Shown here: one piece after another, positions 30,373-43,290 of the stretch
Layout of the letters: the number at the start of each line of letters is the position of its first letter
How positions within the stretch are numbered: the stretch's first letter is position 1
Assembly: GCF_009914755.1 (NCBI RefSeq)
Contig: NC_060938.1
DNA from: the human T2T-CHM13v2.0 reference genome, Homo sapiens
Length of the DNA stretch: 64,000 nt
Direction: 5' to 3' (one strand)
The notes under the pieces: generated by a model
The model's database searches: none
The model's input: the letters and a program-made list of their open reading frames with translations, nothing else
What the model was told of the DNA's origin: nothing
Translations under genes and position numbers: made by a program

Positions 30373-31339
30373 AATCCTGGCAGGACTTTTTTGTAGAAAT
30401 TGGCAAAGTAATTCTAAAATTTTTATGGAAATTTTAAAAAATAACTAGAATGGCAAAACAAATTGTAAGAAAAGTAGCAAAATTGGAAGACTCACACTAC
30501 CAGATTTTCAGGCTTACTATAAAGCTGGCAGTCAAGAGAATCTGCTATTAGAAAAGGATTAACATCTAGATTAGTGGAACAGACTAGAATAGACCAATAC
30601 ACATGTGGTCATTTGGTTTTTGACAAAGTCCCAAAGGCAACTTAATGGAGAAATGATAGTTTTTCTCAACAAATTGTTCTTGGACAATTGAATATCCCTA
30701 GGCAAATAAATGGATATGCCTCAAGGCATGCATTACCCACTATAGAAATATTAACTCAAAATAGATCTCAGGCCTAAATGTAAAGCCTAAAACCACAATA
30801 CTTTTGGGAAAAAAAAATAGGAGAAAATCTTTATAGCCTTAATTAGGTAAAGCTTTCTTAAATACAACACCAAAAACATGACCCATAAAAGAAAATATGA
30901 TAAATAGGGCCTAATCAAAATTAAGAACTTCTGCCCTTTGAAAGACACTTTAAAAAATGGAAAGACCAGCCACAGACTGGGAGGAAATGTTTGACATTAC
31001 ATGTCAGGTAAAAGACTTGTTTCTAATGTATAAAGAACTTTTAAAACTCAATAAACAAACAACTTTTAAAATAGACAAGATATTTAAATGGGAACTTTTA
31101 TCAAAGAAGATATACAGATAACAAATAAGTATATGAAAAGATGCTCAATGTCCTTAGTCATGAGGAAAATAGAATTTTGGACCAAAATGAGATAAAGCTA
31201 CATACCAATTAACATAACTTTATAAAAAGCAAACCTGATGACAGGAAGCTTAGGTAAGGATGAGGTGCAACTGGAACTCTCATACCTTGCTGTTGGGAAT
31301 GAAAATGGTACAGACACTTATACTTTGGCATTTTCTCAC

Positions 31340-33748
31340 TGTATGAGGCCATTCTTGCATTGCTATAAAGAAATACCTGAGACTGGGTAATTTATAAAGA
31401 TAAGAGGTTTAATTGGTTCACGGTTCTGCAGGCTTTACAGAAAGCATGGTGCTGGCATCTGCTCAGCTTCTAGGGAGGCTTCCGGAAACTTACAATCATG
31501 GCAGAAGGCAAAGGGTAATCAGGCATGTCACATGGTGAAAGAAACAGCAAGAAAGAGAGAATGGAGAGGGGGAGGTGCCACACACTTTTAAACGACCAGA
31601 TCTCATGTGAACTCAGAGCAAGAGCTCACTTATCATCAAAGGGATGGCTGAAGCCATTCATGAAGGATCTGCCCCCATTATCCAAATATTTCCCACAAGG
31701 CCCCACCTCCAACATTGGGGATTACATTTCAATATGAGATTTCAGTGAGGATGGATACTCAAACTATCATTCTATCCCTGGCCCATAAAATCTCATGTCC
31801 TTCTCACATTGAACAACACAATTATACCTTCCCAATAATCCCCCAAAGTCCTAACTCATTCTGGCGTAAACTCAAAAGTCCAAAGTCTCATCTGAGACAA
31901 GGCAAGTCCCTTCCACCTATGAGCCTGTAAAATCAAAACAAGTTATTTCCTCCCAAGATATAATGGGGGTATAGGCATTTGGTAAACATTCTCATTCCAA
32001 AAGGGAGAAATCAGCCAAAGAAAGGGGCTACAGGCCCCACGCAAGTTCAAAACCCAACAGGGCAGTCATTAAATCTTAAAGCTCCAGAATAATCTCCTTT
32101 GACTCCATATCCTGCATCCAGGCACACTGGAGCAAGGAGTGGGCTCTTAGGAAGCTCTGTACCTGCTGCTTTTCCATGCTGAGATTGCAAGTTACTGGTG
32201 GTTCTACCATTTCCACTTCTGGAGAGCTGCGGCACCCTTCCCACAGCTCCACTGGGTGGTACCCCATTGGGGACTCTGTGTGGGGACTCCAACCCCACAT
32301 TTCCCCTTGGCAATGCCCTAGCAGAGGTCTCTCTGGGGGCTCCACCCCTGCAGCAGACTTCTGCCTGGGTATGCAGGCTTTCTCATACAGCCTCTGAAAT
32401 CTAGGCAGAAGCTGCCAAGTATTCTTCACTCTTGCACTCTGCACACCTGAAGGCTAAACACGACATAGAGGATGCCAAGGCAGCAGGCTGAGCTGTATCT
32501 GGGTCCCTTTGAGCCAAGGCTGGAGCTGGAGCAGTCCAGATGTGGGGAGGAGTGTCACAAGACTGCACAGGGCATAGAGGCCCTGGGCCTGGCCCTTAAA
32601 ACCATTTAGTCCTTCTAGGCCTCAAGGCCTGTGATGGGAGGGGCTGCCTCTTAGATCTCTAAAATGTCTTTGAGGCCTTTTCCTCATTGTCTTGGATATT
32701 AGCACTTGGCTCCCTTTCAATTATGCAAATATCTCTAACACATGATTGATCCACAGTCTGTTTGAATTCCTCTACTGAAAAAGCTTTTTCTTTCTTTGCC
32801 ACATGGCTAGGCTGAAAATTTTCCAAACTTTTATCCTCTGCTTCCTGTTTCCAACTGTTCCAAAATTCCAACTTTTAAGTCATTTCTTTCTTTGCACATC
32901 TGAACATAGGCTGTTAGAAGCAGCCAGGCTATATCTTGAGCACTGCTGTTTAGAAATCTCCTCCACCAGCTCCTCTAGGTTGTCACTCTTTAGTTCTAAC
33001 TTTCAACAGATCCCTAAGGCATGAACAAAATGCAGCCAAGCTCTTTGCATAACACACATGACCTTTGCTCCAGTTCCCAATAAGTTCCTCATTTCCACCT
33101 CAGCTGCTGGACTTCACTGTCCATATCACTGTCAGCATTTTGGTCACAATCACTGAACCAGCTTCTGAGAAATTCCAAATGTTTCCTCATCTTCCTTTCT
33201 TTTCCTGAGCCCTCCAAACACTTCCAACCTCTGCCTGTTAACCAGTTCCAAAGCTGCTTCCACATTTTCAGATATTTTTATATCAATGCCCCACTCCTTG
33301 GCACCAATTTCCCGTGTTAGGCCATTCTTGCATTGCTATAAAGAAATACCTGAGCCTAGATAATTTATAAAGAAAAGAGATTTACTTGGCTCATGGTTCT
33401 ACATATTTTACAAGAAGAATGGTGCTGGCATCTCCTCAGCTTCCAGGGAGGCCTCAGGAAGCTTACAATCATGACAGAAGGCAAACGGGAAGGAGGCATA
33501 TCACACGGTGAAAACCAGAGCAAAGGAGAGAGAAAGAGTGGGCAGCAGGAGGTGCCACATACTTTAAAATGACCAGATCTCGTGTAAACTCAGAGTGAGA
33601 GCTCACTTATCACCAAGATGTTGGCCCAAGCCATTCATGAGGGACCTGCCCCCATGATTCAAACACCTACCACCAGGCCCCACCTCCAACATTAAAGATC
33701 ACAATTCAGCATGAGATTTGAGCTGGGACAAATATGCAAACTATATCA
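31340..33748 (-). mobile_element. Complete MST (MSTA-family) MaLR element: LTR 31340-31769, internal about 1.54 kb, LTR 33313-33748
   Basis: Two similar LTRs (aggccattcttgcattgctataaagaaatacctgag...). MST/THE1-type internal region. Perfect 5-bp TSD CTCAC at 31335-31339 and 33749-33753. Confidence 0.92.
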
Positions 33749-34148
33749 CTCACAAAGTTAAATACATACTTAACATATGGCATAACAATCCCACTCCAAG
33801 GTATTAATCCAAGTGAAATTAAAACTATATTCACATAAAAGCTGTGTATGAATGATACCACCACAAGGAATGGTGCAGTAAGGACTTTATGTGATAAATT
33901 TCCACCCCATTTTTAATAACAAAGCAAATAGACAAAAGACAAAGAAATACAAGACTTGAACAATACTGTAAAGCAGCTATGTCTGTCACTGAGGAAGACA
34001 AGCATCTATAGAACATTCCACTCAGCACTAAAAAAATGAAGTCTTCTTAAATGTATGTGGAACATTCTCCAGGATAAACCACAAGTTAGGCCATAAAATA
34101 ATTCTCAATAAATTAAAAAGGGCTGGCTGAAATCATACTAAGTATTTC

Positions 34149-34627
34149 TGAGGGAAGAGAGAGACCCTCTCATATTGTTTTATATTGTTTTATACTCAGT
34201 ACCTGTTTTAAGAAAAAACAAGGAAGTGAAACCAAAGACAGGCAGCCTGGTGCCAGGCCCAAAACCAGGCCTGGGCTTGCCTGGCCTAAACCTAGTAGTT
34301 AAAAATCAACTCATGACTTAGCAACCAATGTTATCCATAGATTCCAGACATTGTATAGAAGAACACTGTGAAACTCCCTGCCCTGTTCTATTTCTCTCTG
34401 ACCACCAGTGCATGCAGCCCCTGCCACGTACCCCTTGCTTGCTCAAATCAATCATGACCCTTTCATGTGAAATCTTTAGTGTTGTGAGCCCTTAAAAGGG
34501 ACAGAAATTGTGCACACGGGGAGCTCAGATTTTAAGGCAGTAGCTTGCCGATGCTCCCAGCTGAATAAAGCCCTTCCTTCTACAACTCGGTGTCTGAGAG
34601 GTTTTGTCTGCAGCTCGTCCTGCTACG
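34149..34627 (+). mobile_element. LTR2-family (LTR2B-like, HERV-E group) solo LTR
   Basis: tgagggaagagagagaccctctcatattg...gaataaagcccttccttctacaactcggtgtctgagagg...tcctgctacg. Perfect 4-bp TSD TTTC. Confidence 0.8.
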
Positions 34628-35661
34628 TTTCCTCTGACCATGATGGAATAAAATTAAAAATCAACAACAGAAAGAAATTTGGCAAATTCACAAATATGTG
34701 GAAATTAAACAAAACACTCCTAAGTAATTAATAGATCAAAGAAGAAATTATAGGAGAAATTAGAAAATATTTTGAGATGAATGACAATGAAAACACATCA
34801 TACCAAAATTTATGAAATGCAGATAAAACAGTGGAAAGAGGAAACTTTATAGCTGTAAATGCGTATATTAAAAAAGGAGATCCCCAAATCAATAAACTAG
34901 CCTCCACCCTAAGTCATAGCAATCCCAAAGCCAGACCCAAAGCCAGCAGAAAGAAATAATAAATATTGGAGTAGAAGTTAATGAAATCGAGAATTTTTAA
35001 AACAGAGAGAGTCAGTGAAACCAGAAGTTTGTTCTTTGAAAAGATTAACAATATTGACAAAATCTTTGGCTAAACTGATGGAAAAAAAAGAGAAGACTCA
35101 AATTACTAAATAAAATCAGAAATGAAAAGAGGAGACATTATTGCTGACTTCTGAAAAATAAAAAGGATTTTAAAGGAATACTGTGAACAATTGTATGCCA
35201 ACAAATTAGATAATCTAGATGAAATGGAAATAGATTTAAGTCCCTAGATCTGGCAATGTGTCCCTAGATTAGGCAATGTTCTCTTAGATATAATCTCCAA
35301 AGCACAAGCAACAAAAGAAACAATACGTAAATTGGGCTACATCCAAATTAAGAACACTTGTGCTACAAATGATACCATCAAGAAAGTGAAAATACAGCTC
35401 ACAAAATCTACAAAAGGGGAGAATATATTTGCAAATCATAAATATGATAAGGGACTTGTGTCTAGAATGCATAAAGAACTCTTAGTATTCAACAATAAAA
35501 TGACAAATTCCGCAATTTAAAAATTGGCAAAAATTTGAATACACATTTCTCCAATTAAGATATGCAAATGGCCAATGAGCACATAAAAATGCTTAACATA
35601 ATTTAACCATTACTGAAATTCAAATAGTGAGACAACATTTCACATCCACTAGGATTGCTAG

Positions 35662-36125
35662 TGTGAAAGTTAATTATTCAAATTGGGTCATTCTTGTCAT
35701 ACCCAAATAAATCAGTCAAGGGGGCTACGGGGAAAAAGCCCTGGGAGCTCGTAGCACCTGCTCCAAGAATTAAATCTTCCACAGGCCCAGGTGCCTAAAT
35801 GGCCTGCTGTAACTCCAAGAACAGCTTTACCTAGCAGCTGCTGAAACAACTTGCTGGGACCCTAACACTGGTTTTACTTACCACCATCACTCACTAATCA
35901 GAGCTAGCAAGAAGCTTGCTATCTCCCAAAAGCTTCTCTAGTGCAAATGAACTTCTTTCAAAACAATACAGAATATGTCTCTTTCTAATAAAATTTCCAA
36001 CATTCTCTTTGGGACATGCTGAGGACCACTTGGTCTGTGTGTGTGCCCTGAATCGCAATTCTTGCTTTCCAAATAAAACATTTTAAATGTAAAGATTCAT
36101 CTCTATTGTTCATTTTACTTAGACA
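35662..36125 (+). mobile_element. ERV1 solo LTR (MER72-like, subfamily uncertain)
   Basis: TG...CA ends, AATAAA near the 3' end, interrupts L1 at ggattgcta|ctataatc; flanks ctag/ctat. Confidence 0.6.
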
Positions 36126-37962
36126 CTATAATCAACAAAACAGACAATAACAAGTATTGAATAACTCAGATGTGCAGAAATTGGAACCCTCATACATTGC
36201 TGGTGGAAATATAAATCGGTACAGCCACGCTAGAAAAAAAAATGGGCAGTTCCAACAAGTTAAATATGGAATTATCCTGAGAGCTATCAATTCCACTCAA
36301 AGTGAATTGAAAACGTGTTCATACAAAATTGTACATGAGTGTTCACAGCAGAATTATTCATAATAGCTATAAGTAAACAACCTAAATATCCGTCAACTAA
36401 TGAATGAATAAACAAAATGTGGTGTGCCTATACAATGTAATATTCCCGCTATAAAAAGAAACAAAGTAGTGATACATCTCCAACAGTGATGAAACTTGAG
36501 ACAAGCTAAGTGACAAAAGCCAGACACAAGATGCCATATATTTTGTGAGTGCATTTATATACTGAAAGGGGAAAATCAATAGTGACAGAAAATAGATTAG
36601 TGGTTGCCATAGGCTGGCAGCAGAAGCAAATTGGGAGTAAGTGCTAATGGATATGGGGTTCTTACTGGTGTGAAAAAAGTGTTCTGGGATTAGACAATGA
36701 TAATGGTTGCACAATTCTCTGAATACAGAAAAAATTACTGAACTGTACACTTTAAAATGATGTATTTAAAGGCACGTGAGTTATAGCTCAATTTTTTAAA
36801 ACTATGTGTGAGTGCTTATAGTGGGTTCATTTTTTTATAAGCCAAGTAAGGAAGAGGAGGGGCAAGGGAAGAAAAGAGCAGGAGAACAACTTCAAGTTCC
36901 TTAAATGGGGAATGGATAAACAAACTTACACATTCATACAATGGAATACCCTTCAGCAATATAAAAAAGAATGAACTACTGAAACACAATGACATCGGTG
37001 TATATCAAACTCATTACACGAAGTGAAATAGCCAGACTCAAAAGACTACATACTGTATAATTTCATTCTATGACACTCTCGGAAAGACAAAATTATGGGG
37101 ATAGATTACAGATCAGTGGTTGCTTGTAGCTGGGATGGTTGTAGTGGCTGACTACAAAGGAACATGGGGTACACTCTGGGGGTGGGTGATGGAACTCTTC
37201 TATTCATAGTTTTGGTGATGATTACACAACCGCCTACATTTGCCAAAACTCACAACATTGTACACTAAAAAGGATAAATTTTGCTTTCTGTGCATTATAT
37301 CTTAATTTTAAGATGGGTTGTTTTTTCCTTAATGCCTTAGAATCCTTATATGTTAGTACAGGGAGTAATTTGAGTACTGCATAGTTTCACACTATAAATA
37401 TATTCTAATCTGTTTATCTAGTCCTTAATTGATGGTCACTGAGGTTGATTCTTTTGTTCATTTTCTTTCCTTTTCTTGCTGTTATAGCATTGCTTCAGTA
37501 AATATTCCTGTACTTGCTTTCCTATGCCATGTGTTTTTATTTCACTAAGACACACGTAAAATGAAATTCCTAGGTCGAGTTTTGCAGAATACGGACAACT
37601 CCTGGAGATTTTTCTGCCAAGTGGCAGCCTGGAGCCTTCCTGTACAGTGCAGTATGGGGCTGAATGCTGAGTACTAGTGCTCAGGTTTTCGTTTTGTAAG
37701 TTAGTTGCTTTTTGGTCTCAGAGACTTGTCTCCAGCATTATTTCTCTGTTTGGTGGATTGAACTGGCTGATATATACCCCTTCCGTGGCTCATTTATCTT
37801 GATTGCCAACAACCCTCCTTTTCAGGAGGTAGCAGATAGATGTGATTCTGAAGCTACGCAGGATTTCTTTGGCAGAAATATTAATATTTTTAAAGCAATG
37901 CTGGACAACCTTAGTTACCATAATCAATGGCCTGCTTTACTTTGCATGGATGATTGCTGCAG

Positions 37963-38005
37963 TGTGTGTGCATGTGTGTGTGTGAGTGTGTGTGTGTGTC
38001 TGTGT
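37963..38005. repeat. Imperfect (TG)n
   Basis: Direct reading. Confidence 0.85.
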
Positions 38006-38149
38006 CTAATTGAAAATCCCCAGGAAAGAGAAGCAGTGGTTTCCCACAGTAATGTAAATACTGTATTTTAAAAATATATTGTTACCTATGGACTCTTGAA
38101 ACTAGGAGGGATCCACTAGACTCAAAGGGAAGGAACCACAGATAAGATA

Positions 38150-39290
38150 TTCACTGTGGAATTCTCAATGGCTAGCAGTTCCCGGCATGGAGTAAGTATG
38201 CCTTAAGTGTTGAATAAACAATCCCTCCAGGCACTCAGTCTGGGCCAGGCTGCCTGTTCATTACAGCATTTATCCTCCCAGGCTTTGTAATTAGACACGA
38301 CAGCTCCCACAGCTCTTTCTCCACCCCAGCATTCTCTTCCGAGCCCTAGAGCTGCATGTCTGTTGCCTACCAGACCTCTCCACCGGGATGGTCCATGTAC
38401 ACCTCAACTACCATGTGCTTAAAACTGGACATGCCTTTCCCACTCTGCTCCTCCTCCAGCATCCTCACCTTGGGAAAGAGTGGGCAAAACTGCCCACTTG
38501 CTTGGCCAAACCAGAAACCTGGGCATTTTCCTTCTATGTCACCTCCCATATCTAATCAATCCCCAGTCCTAGTGAGTAGGCTTCTTAATTTTCTCTCATA
38601 AATGTCTCTGGAAATTGCTGACTGCTATCCATCCCATGATCACAGCCACATCCAGACTGTGCCCGAGAATGACTATAAGCTTTTCCCAGCTGATCTCTTA
38701 ACTGGTGCCTTCCTTAATGTCATTCTCCTATTAGCAGGAGTGTTATCTTTTGAAATAAGCCTGATTAACCCACAACACCATCCTTGGAATAAAGTCCTGA
38801 CTCCATGTGGCTTCCCAGTCTGCCATGACCTGTCCCTTGTCTACCTCTCCAGTCTCACTCCACACCCCTGTCCTTCCTCTCCTTCACCTTCACCTAATAA
38901 TCTTTCCAGTCTCAATTAGGTATTTCTTTCTCCCATAAACCTTTGCTACCCCCTAAGTTGGGTTATTTGCCTGCCCTCTGTGCCTCTGTAATGTCTGGCA
39001 CATTCTAGCTCTTTTCACAACATATTTTGATCACCTATTTAGTCATTTGGTTCTTCCACATGGTGATCATGAGCTCTGTAAGGAAAGAGGGCATAAATGT
39101 GTTCTTAGTCATTTGGCCTCCAGAAGTGACTACAATTTCTCTCAGTGTAAGTAATAATAAGGTAGTAATTGAAAAAGGAGGACAAGGAAAAAGAGGGAGA
39201 AAAGGACAGTAGTGGAGAAGAGGGAAGAGAAGGAGGAGAGAGAGAGAAGGAGAATGGGGAGAAAAAGGTGCTCAAAATATTTGTTGAATG
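38150..39290 (+). mobile_element. L2 LINE fragments
   Basis: L2 body motifs, and L2 tail ggtgctcaaaatatttgttgaatg at about 39267-39290. Confidence 0.55.
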
Positions 39291-39292
39291 CA

Positions 39293-39537
39293 GGACGGAT
39301 GGGTGGATGGATGAGTGGGCGGATGGATAAATGGATGGATAGATGGATGGATAGATGGATGGATGGATGGATGGATGGATGGATGGATGGATAGGTGGGT
39401 GAGTGGATTGATGGATGGATGGATGGATAGGTGGGTGAGCGGATTGATGGATGGATGGATGGATGGATGGGCAGATGGATGGATGGATGGGTGGGCAGAT
39501 GGATGGGTGGATGGGTAGATGGATAGATTAATGGATG
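39293..39537. repeat. (GGAT)n compound tetranucleotide array, about 245 bp
   Basis: Direct reading. Explains the spurious GWMD/HPSI ORFs. Confidence 0.95.
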
Positions 39538-39639
39538 CTTGGCAGATCTGGGATTTGAATCTCTGATTGGCCACTTAATCTTTGGAATGTGATGATCTTT
39601 GGTGCTACCCATGGATACAGAGCTTTCTCCTTCCTCTGG

Positions 39640-40012
39640 CTATCTGGTAGACCACACTTCCTGCCTCCATATGGTAGATGGGGCCATGTAGCTATTTATT
39701 GTCAAGAGTTGTGAGAAACGATCTATATCACTTTTGTCCCAGAGAAGTCTGAGGTCTTCTAATGTTTCTTTCTCTCTTACATGGCAACTGACAACACTCG
39801 AGATGGTGGTTGCTCCCATCAGCCTGGGTCTTGGAATTCTGCCCTCTCCTCCTTCTCTTTCTCCTCCTTTTCCTCCTTGAGTACAATAAGCAGAACTCCG
39901 CTTCCAATTTGCTGTGAATATACAACATGAATGAGAAATACCGTTTGATATTTTAAGCAATTGAGACTTTGCTGTTGCTTACAGCGTAACCCAACCTATC
40001 CTGATTGATACA
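39640..40012 (+). mobile_element. Old MLT1-type LTR
   Basis: Ends ttttaagcaattgagac...gcgtaacccaacctatcctgattgataca. Confidence 0.55.
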
Positions 40013-40736
40013 GAGTCTGAAAGAAGTGATTAGCCTTTGTGAATCAAAATCTTTTCTGTAAATGAGAATAATAATAATACAACCATAGGATTGAATAAGG
40101 CAATTCTATATGGTACATAACCCAGCACCTTTGCTGCTCCACCCTCCAGGGCTTTCTCTCCAAGGGGTGCCGTCAGCCCAGGTTACCCTTGGGAAGCCAG
40201 TCTCTTGGTTCCGAATCCTCCAAAACTTCTCTGAGATATCAAAACTCTCCTTCCTCAGCTTCAATCAACCTATTGTTATGTACCCTCTGACTCCTCTTTC
40301 CCTAGCCTATCAATTTTATCTGCTTTTGTCCAGAAACTAGCTCTTACATCACCCTGCATTCTTCTAAATTTTGTTGTTTATGTGATACTTTTTGTGTATT
40401 GAGTCCTTCAGGTTTTGACCCTTAATGTTCAACGGCAAAATTTTGTAACTTCAACAAAACACTTGCTTTTACAATTGATTGAAACTTTGTCTTTCACAAC
40501 TGTTGTGTTGGCTAAGAGTATAAAAATAATGTACACAGGAACACAATTGACAACTTCGTTTTCTCAAAGGTTGGCCATTCCCCTGAGGCTGTAAGCCTCT
40601 GTCACCTAGTACACTTTTAGTGTTAGAATGATTGTGGGTAAAAAGTAATTATCTAGAATCAAAAAATATATGTGTCAATACTTCAAAATGTTCTCCTCAC
40701 ATCCTATTTTGGAGCAGAAGAATAAATAATGTTAAC

Positions 40737-41982
40737 TACACTGAGAACCTGAACGCTGAAGCTGCCATGGATATCTCAGAGGGCCGTTCAGCTGCCAACT
40801 CCATCTCTGAGTCTGGGCCAGTGGGACTAAAGTCTCAGAAGGACCTGGAAAATATCGGGTCTTTGCCTTCATTAGTCATATGGGCACCTCTACCATCTGT
40901 GGTCACTACATCTGCCACATCAAGAAGGAGGGCAGATGGGTGATCCACAACCACCAGAAAGTGGGTGCCTCTGAGAAGCCACCCAAGGACCTGGAATACA
41001 TCTACTTCTACCAGAGAGTGGCCAGCTAAGAGCCTGCCCTTACCCCTATGTAGCCTGAGGGCAAGGGAAGACCACCTAGCATGAAGGAGAGGAACTGAGG
41101 GATGGACTTCAGCCCCCCTACTCTGTAGCCTTTTTCCTTTTGTCCCCAGCAGCAGGAAGAAGCTGCAGGCCATGAGAGAATGACCAGGCAAAGCAGAGGA
41201 GCAGTCAATAGACTCTGGGGATGGAGCAGGAAGGGGACAGGAGGGACCAACCACTGATCCATAAGGAGACTTTCTTGCTTCCCCTGCCCCCGGAATCCAT
41301 AGTGCTCTGCTTCTCTCCATCACCCTGCCTAGCCCCCTGGCATGGAGGGAAGGGATCTTGTTTGTGTGCATGCATGGGTGTAGCTTCGTGCATCCTCTTC
41401 CAGGGGAGGGAGAATCTGTGCCTTCCCTCCTGCTTTGTGTTTGCCCTCTGTGTGGTTGTACAAGGAGGGGGTGATATGGTTTGGCTGTGTCCCCACCCAA
41501 ATCTCATCTTAAATTGTAATCTGAATTGTAATCCCCATGTGTCAGGGGAGGGACCTGGTGGGAGGTGATTGGATCATGGGGGTGGTTTTCCCCATGCTGT
41601 TCTCGTGATAGTGAGTGAGTTATCACCAGGTCTGATGGCTTTATAAGGGGCTCTTCCCCCTTCGCTCGCTCTCTCTCTCCTGCCACCATGTAAGACATGC
41701 CTGCTTCCCCTTCTGCCATGATTGTAAGTTTCCTGAGGCCTCTCCAGCCATGTTGAACTCTGAGTCAATTAAACCTCCTTTCTTTATAAATTACCCCGTC
41801 TCAGGAAGTTCTTTATAGCAGTGTAAACATGGACTAATATGGAAGGATATGAGGAAAATGGGGACTCCCCTTGCCTTTCTACCTCAGTCTTTCTGCCACC
41901 CTGTCTCCTGTTTGTCCTTCTCTGGAAAATGCCAAAATACAAAATGTGAATAAAAGTGCAATGGCTAAAATTAATAATAATA
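40737..41982 (+). pseudogene. USP5 (pseudogene): 5'-truncated processed pseudogene (retrocopy) of USP5 (isopeptidase T) C-terminus and 3'UTR
   Basis: Translates [26 protein letters not shown], then a 1-nt deletion frameshift at about 40827, then [66 protein letters not shown] (TAA 41027-41029). This matches the recalled USP5 C-terminus. Uninterrupted coding sequence, AATAAA at 41949-41954, A-rich tail remnant about 41967-41982. Confidence 0.92.
41472..41841 (+). mobile_element. THE1D-like solo LTR inside the USP5 retrocopy 3'UTR
   Basis: tgatatggtttggctgtgtccccacccaaatctcatctt...tttatagcagtgtaaacatggactaata. Confidence 0.88.
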
Positions 41983-43074
41983 GCATGAGCTCCACACACA
42001 CATAATGGACAGGGAAGCCTGATGCCTGGGCTAAGATATTCAGTTCTGATGACAGTCATCACAATAGCAGGTCCATTTCTTATTCTGTCTTCAATCATGG
42101 AAGAAAAATTTAAACTTGATAAAATTTAATTCACTGACTTTTTTTTTCCTAAGAATTAGGATATGCTAGAGATATGTAACTGCAAGGCATAGAAAACTAC
42201 TCAAGTGAGCTCAAATACAAATGGACTTACTGAAATGGCAGTAGGAGGCTCATGGATATCAGGCATAGGGAGTCTCTGAGACTGAAAGGTGTCCACTTCT
42301 GCTGCCCACTGGCTCATGCGCAGACGTGGTGGATCTGTGGTTGAGGGCAACACTCAACTCAGCCTCTTGGATCAAGTGGTTGAGGGCAACACTGAGGGAT
42401 GGGGGAATAATTAGACAGAGGAAGCCTGCACTCCAGCAACTTTGCAGAGTACAGCTCAGCAAACCAAGTTCTCCAGAGTGTGGAATGAACAGATGTGCTG
42501 CCCCAGTCGGCAGGTCCAAGAGGGTATTCATGATGATAACACAGGCTCACTTGGAATGAATGCATCAGTAGATTCCCCAAAGTGATGATATTCAGCTTGG
42601 GAAACAATTAGCTAATTAGCATAGTAATCCATCACTGGAAATCAAGGTCATCGCCCTGGGATTCTGTCTCCTGCTGCCAGGCCTCTCTTTGGAGAGAAGG
42701 CAGGATACCCATGAAACCTGCCTGTGCCCCATTAAGTGGCAGGGTACCCCTCCCAAGGCAATGCAAGGTGGAGCCCCTCTGGCAATGCCAATGGCTCAAA
42801 CACTCATGCTCATGCTCACCCTTCTCAACCAGGTGATGGCAAGATTGGTTTACATGTATGGAACGTAAGACAAAGAGCTCCCTGTGGAGGAGCTGAGGAC
42901 AGTGATGATTTGTGGTGGCCTGGATATTTACTTGGGGCATCTGTCTTTAGGACACCCTGAGCCAAAGACTGGGAAGTGGGTCAGGCAGGCTGTATGCCTT
43001 AAGGTCACTGAAAAGATCTAGGACTTGGAGCTCATGAACAAATAAAAAAAGTAAGTCAATTAACTATTAAACTA

Positions 43075-43290
43075 AGAATAATAATAGCCTTTTTTGAGCA
43101 TGGCTATGTGCAGGTACTGAAACAGGCACTTTTATTTAATTTCATGACAACCCTATGAAGTACCATCACTGAGCTCACTTTACAAATGAGGAAACTCTTT
43201 GAAGTCCAGGTCCTGAGATGTTTCCTCTTTAACACCTGGGAGCAGGCATGGCCATGCCACATGTCAAATCTCAGCACTGTGTGTTCATAA
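43075..43290 (-). mobile_element. MIR SINE
   Basis: acaaccctatgaagt...tttacaaatgaggaaact core. Confidence 0.65.

Larger units (their letters stand above)
29785..37310 (+). mobile_element. Old L1M ORF2/3'-end fragments (several copies) hosting AluJ, MST, LTR2-family and another LTR
   Basis: L1 ORF2-like peptides (29958 [23 protein letters not shown]; about 34635 SDHDGIKLKINNRK) and L1M 3'UTR motifs. Confidence 0.75.

Noticed and set aside
39142-39612. HPSI/GWMD-repeat ORFs
   Set aside because: Translation of the (GGAT)n microsatellite.
40835-41500. 221-aa minus-strand ORF
   Set aside because: It is the antisense shadow of the USP5 retrocopy, starts inside the THE1 LTR, and has no recognisable domain.
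42330-42395. 18-bp direct repeat gtggttgagggcaacact (42337 and 42376)
   Set aside because: Only two copies, probably a local duplication within an old LTR. No further structure.
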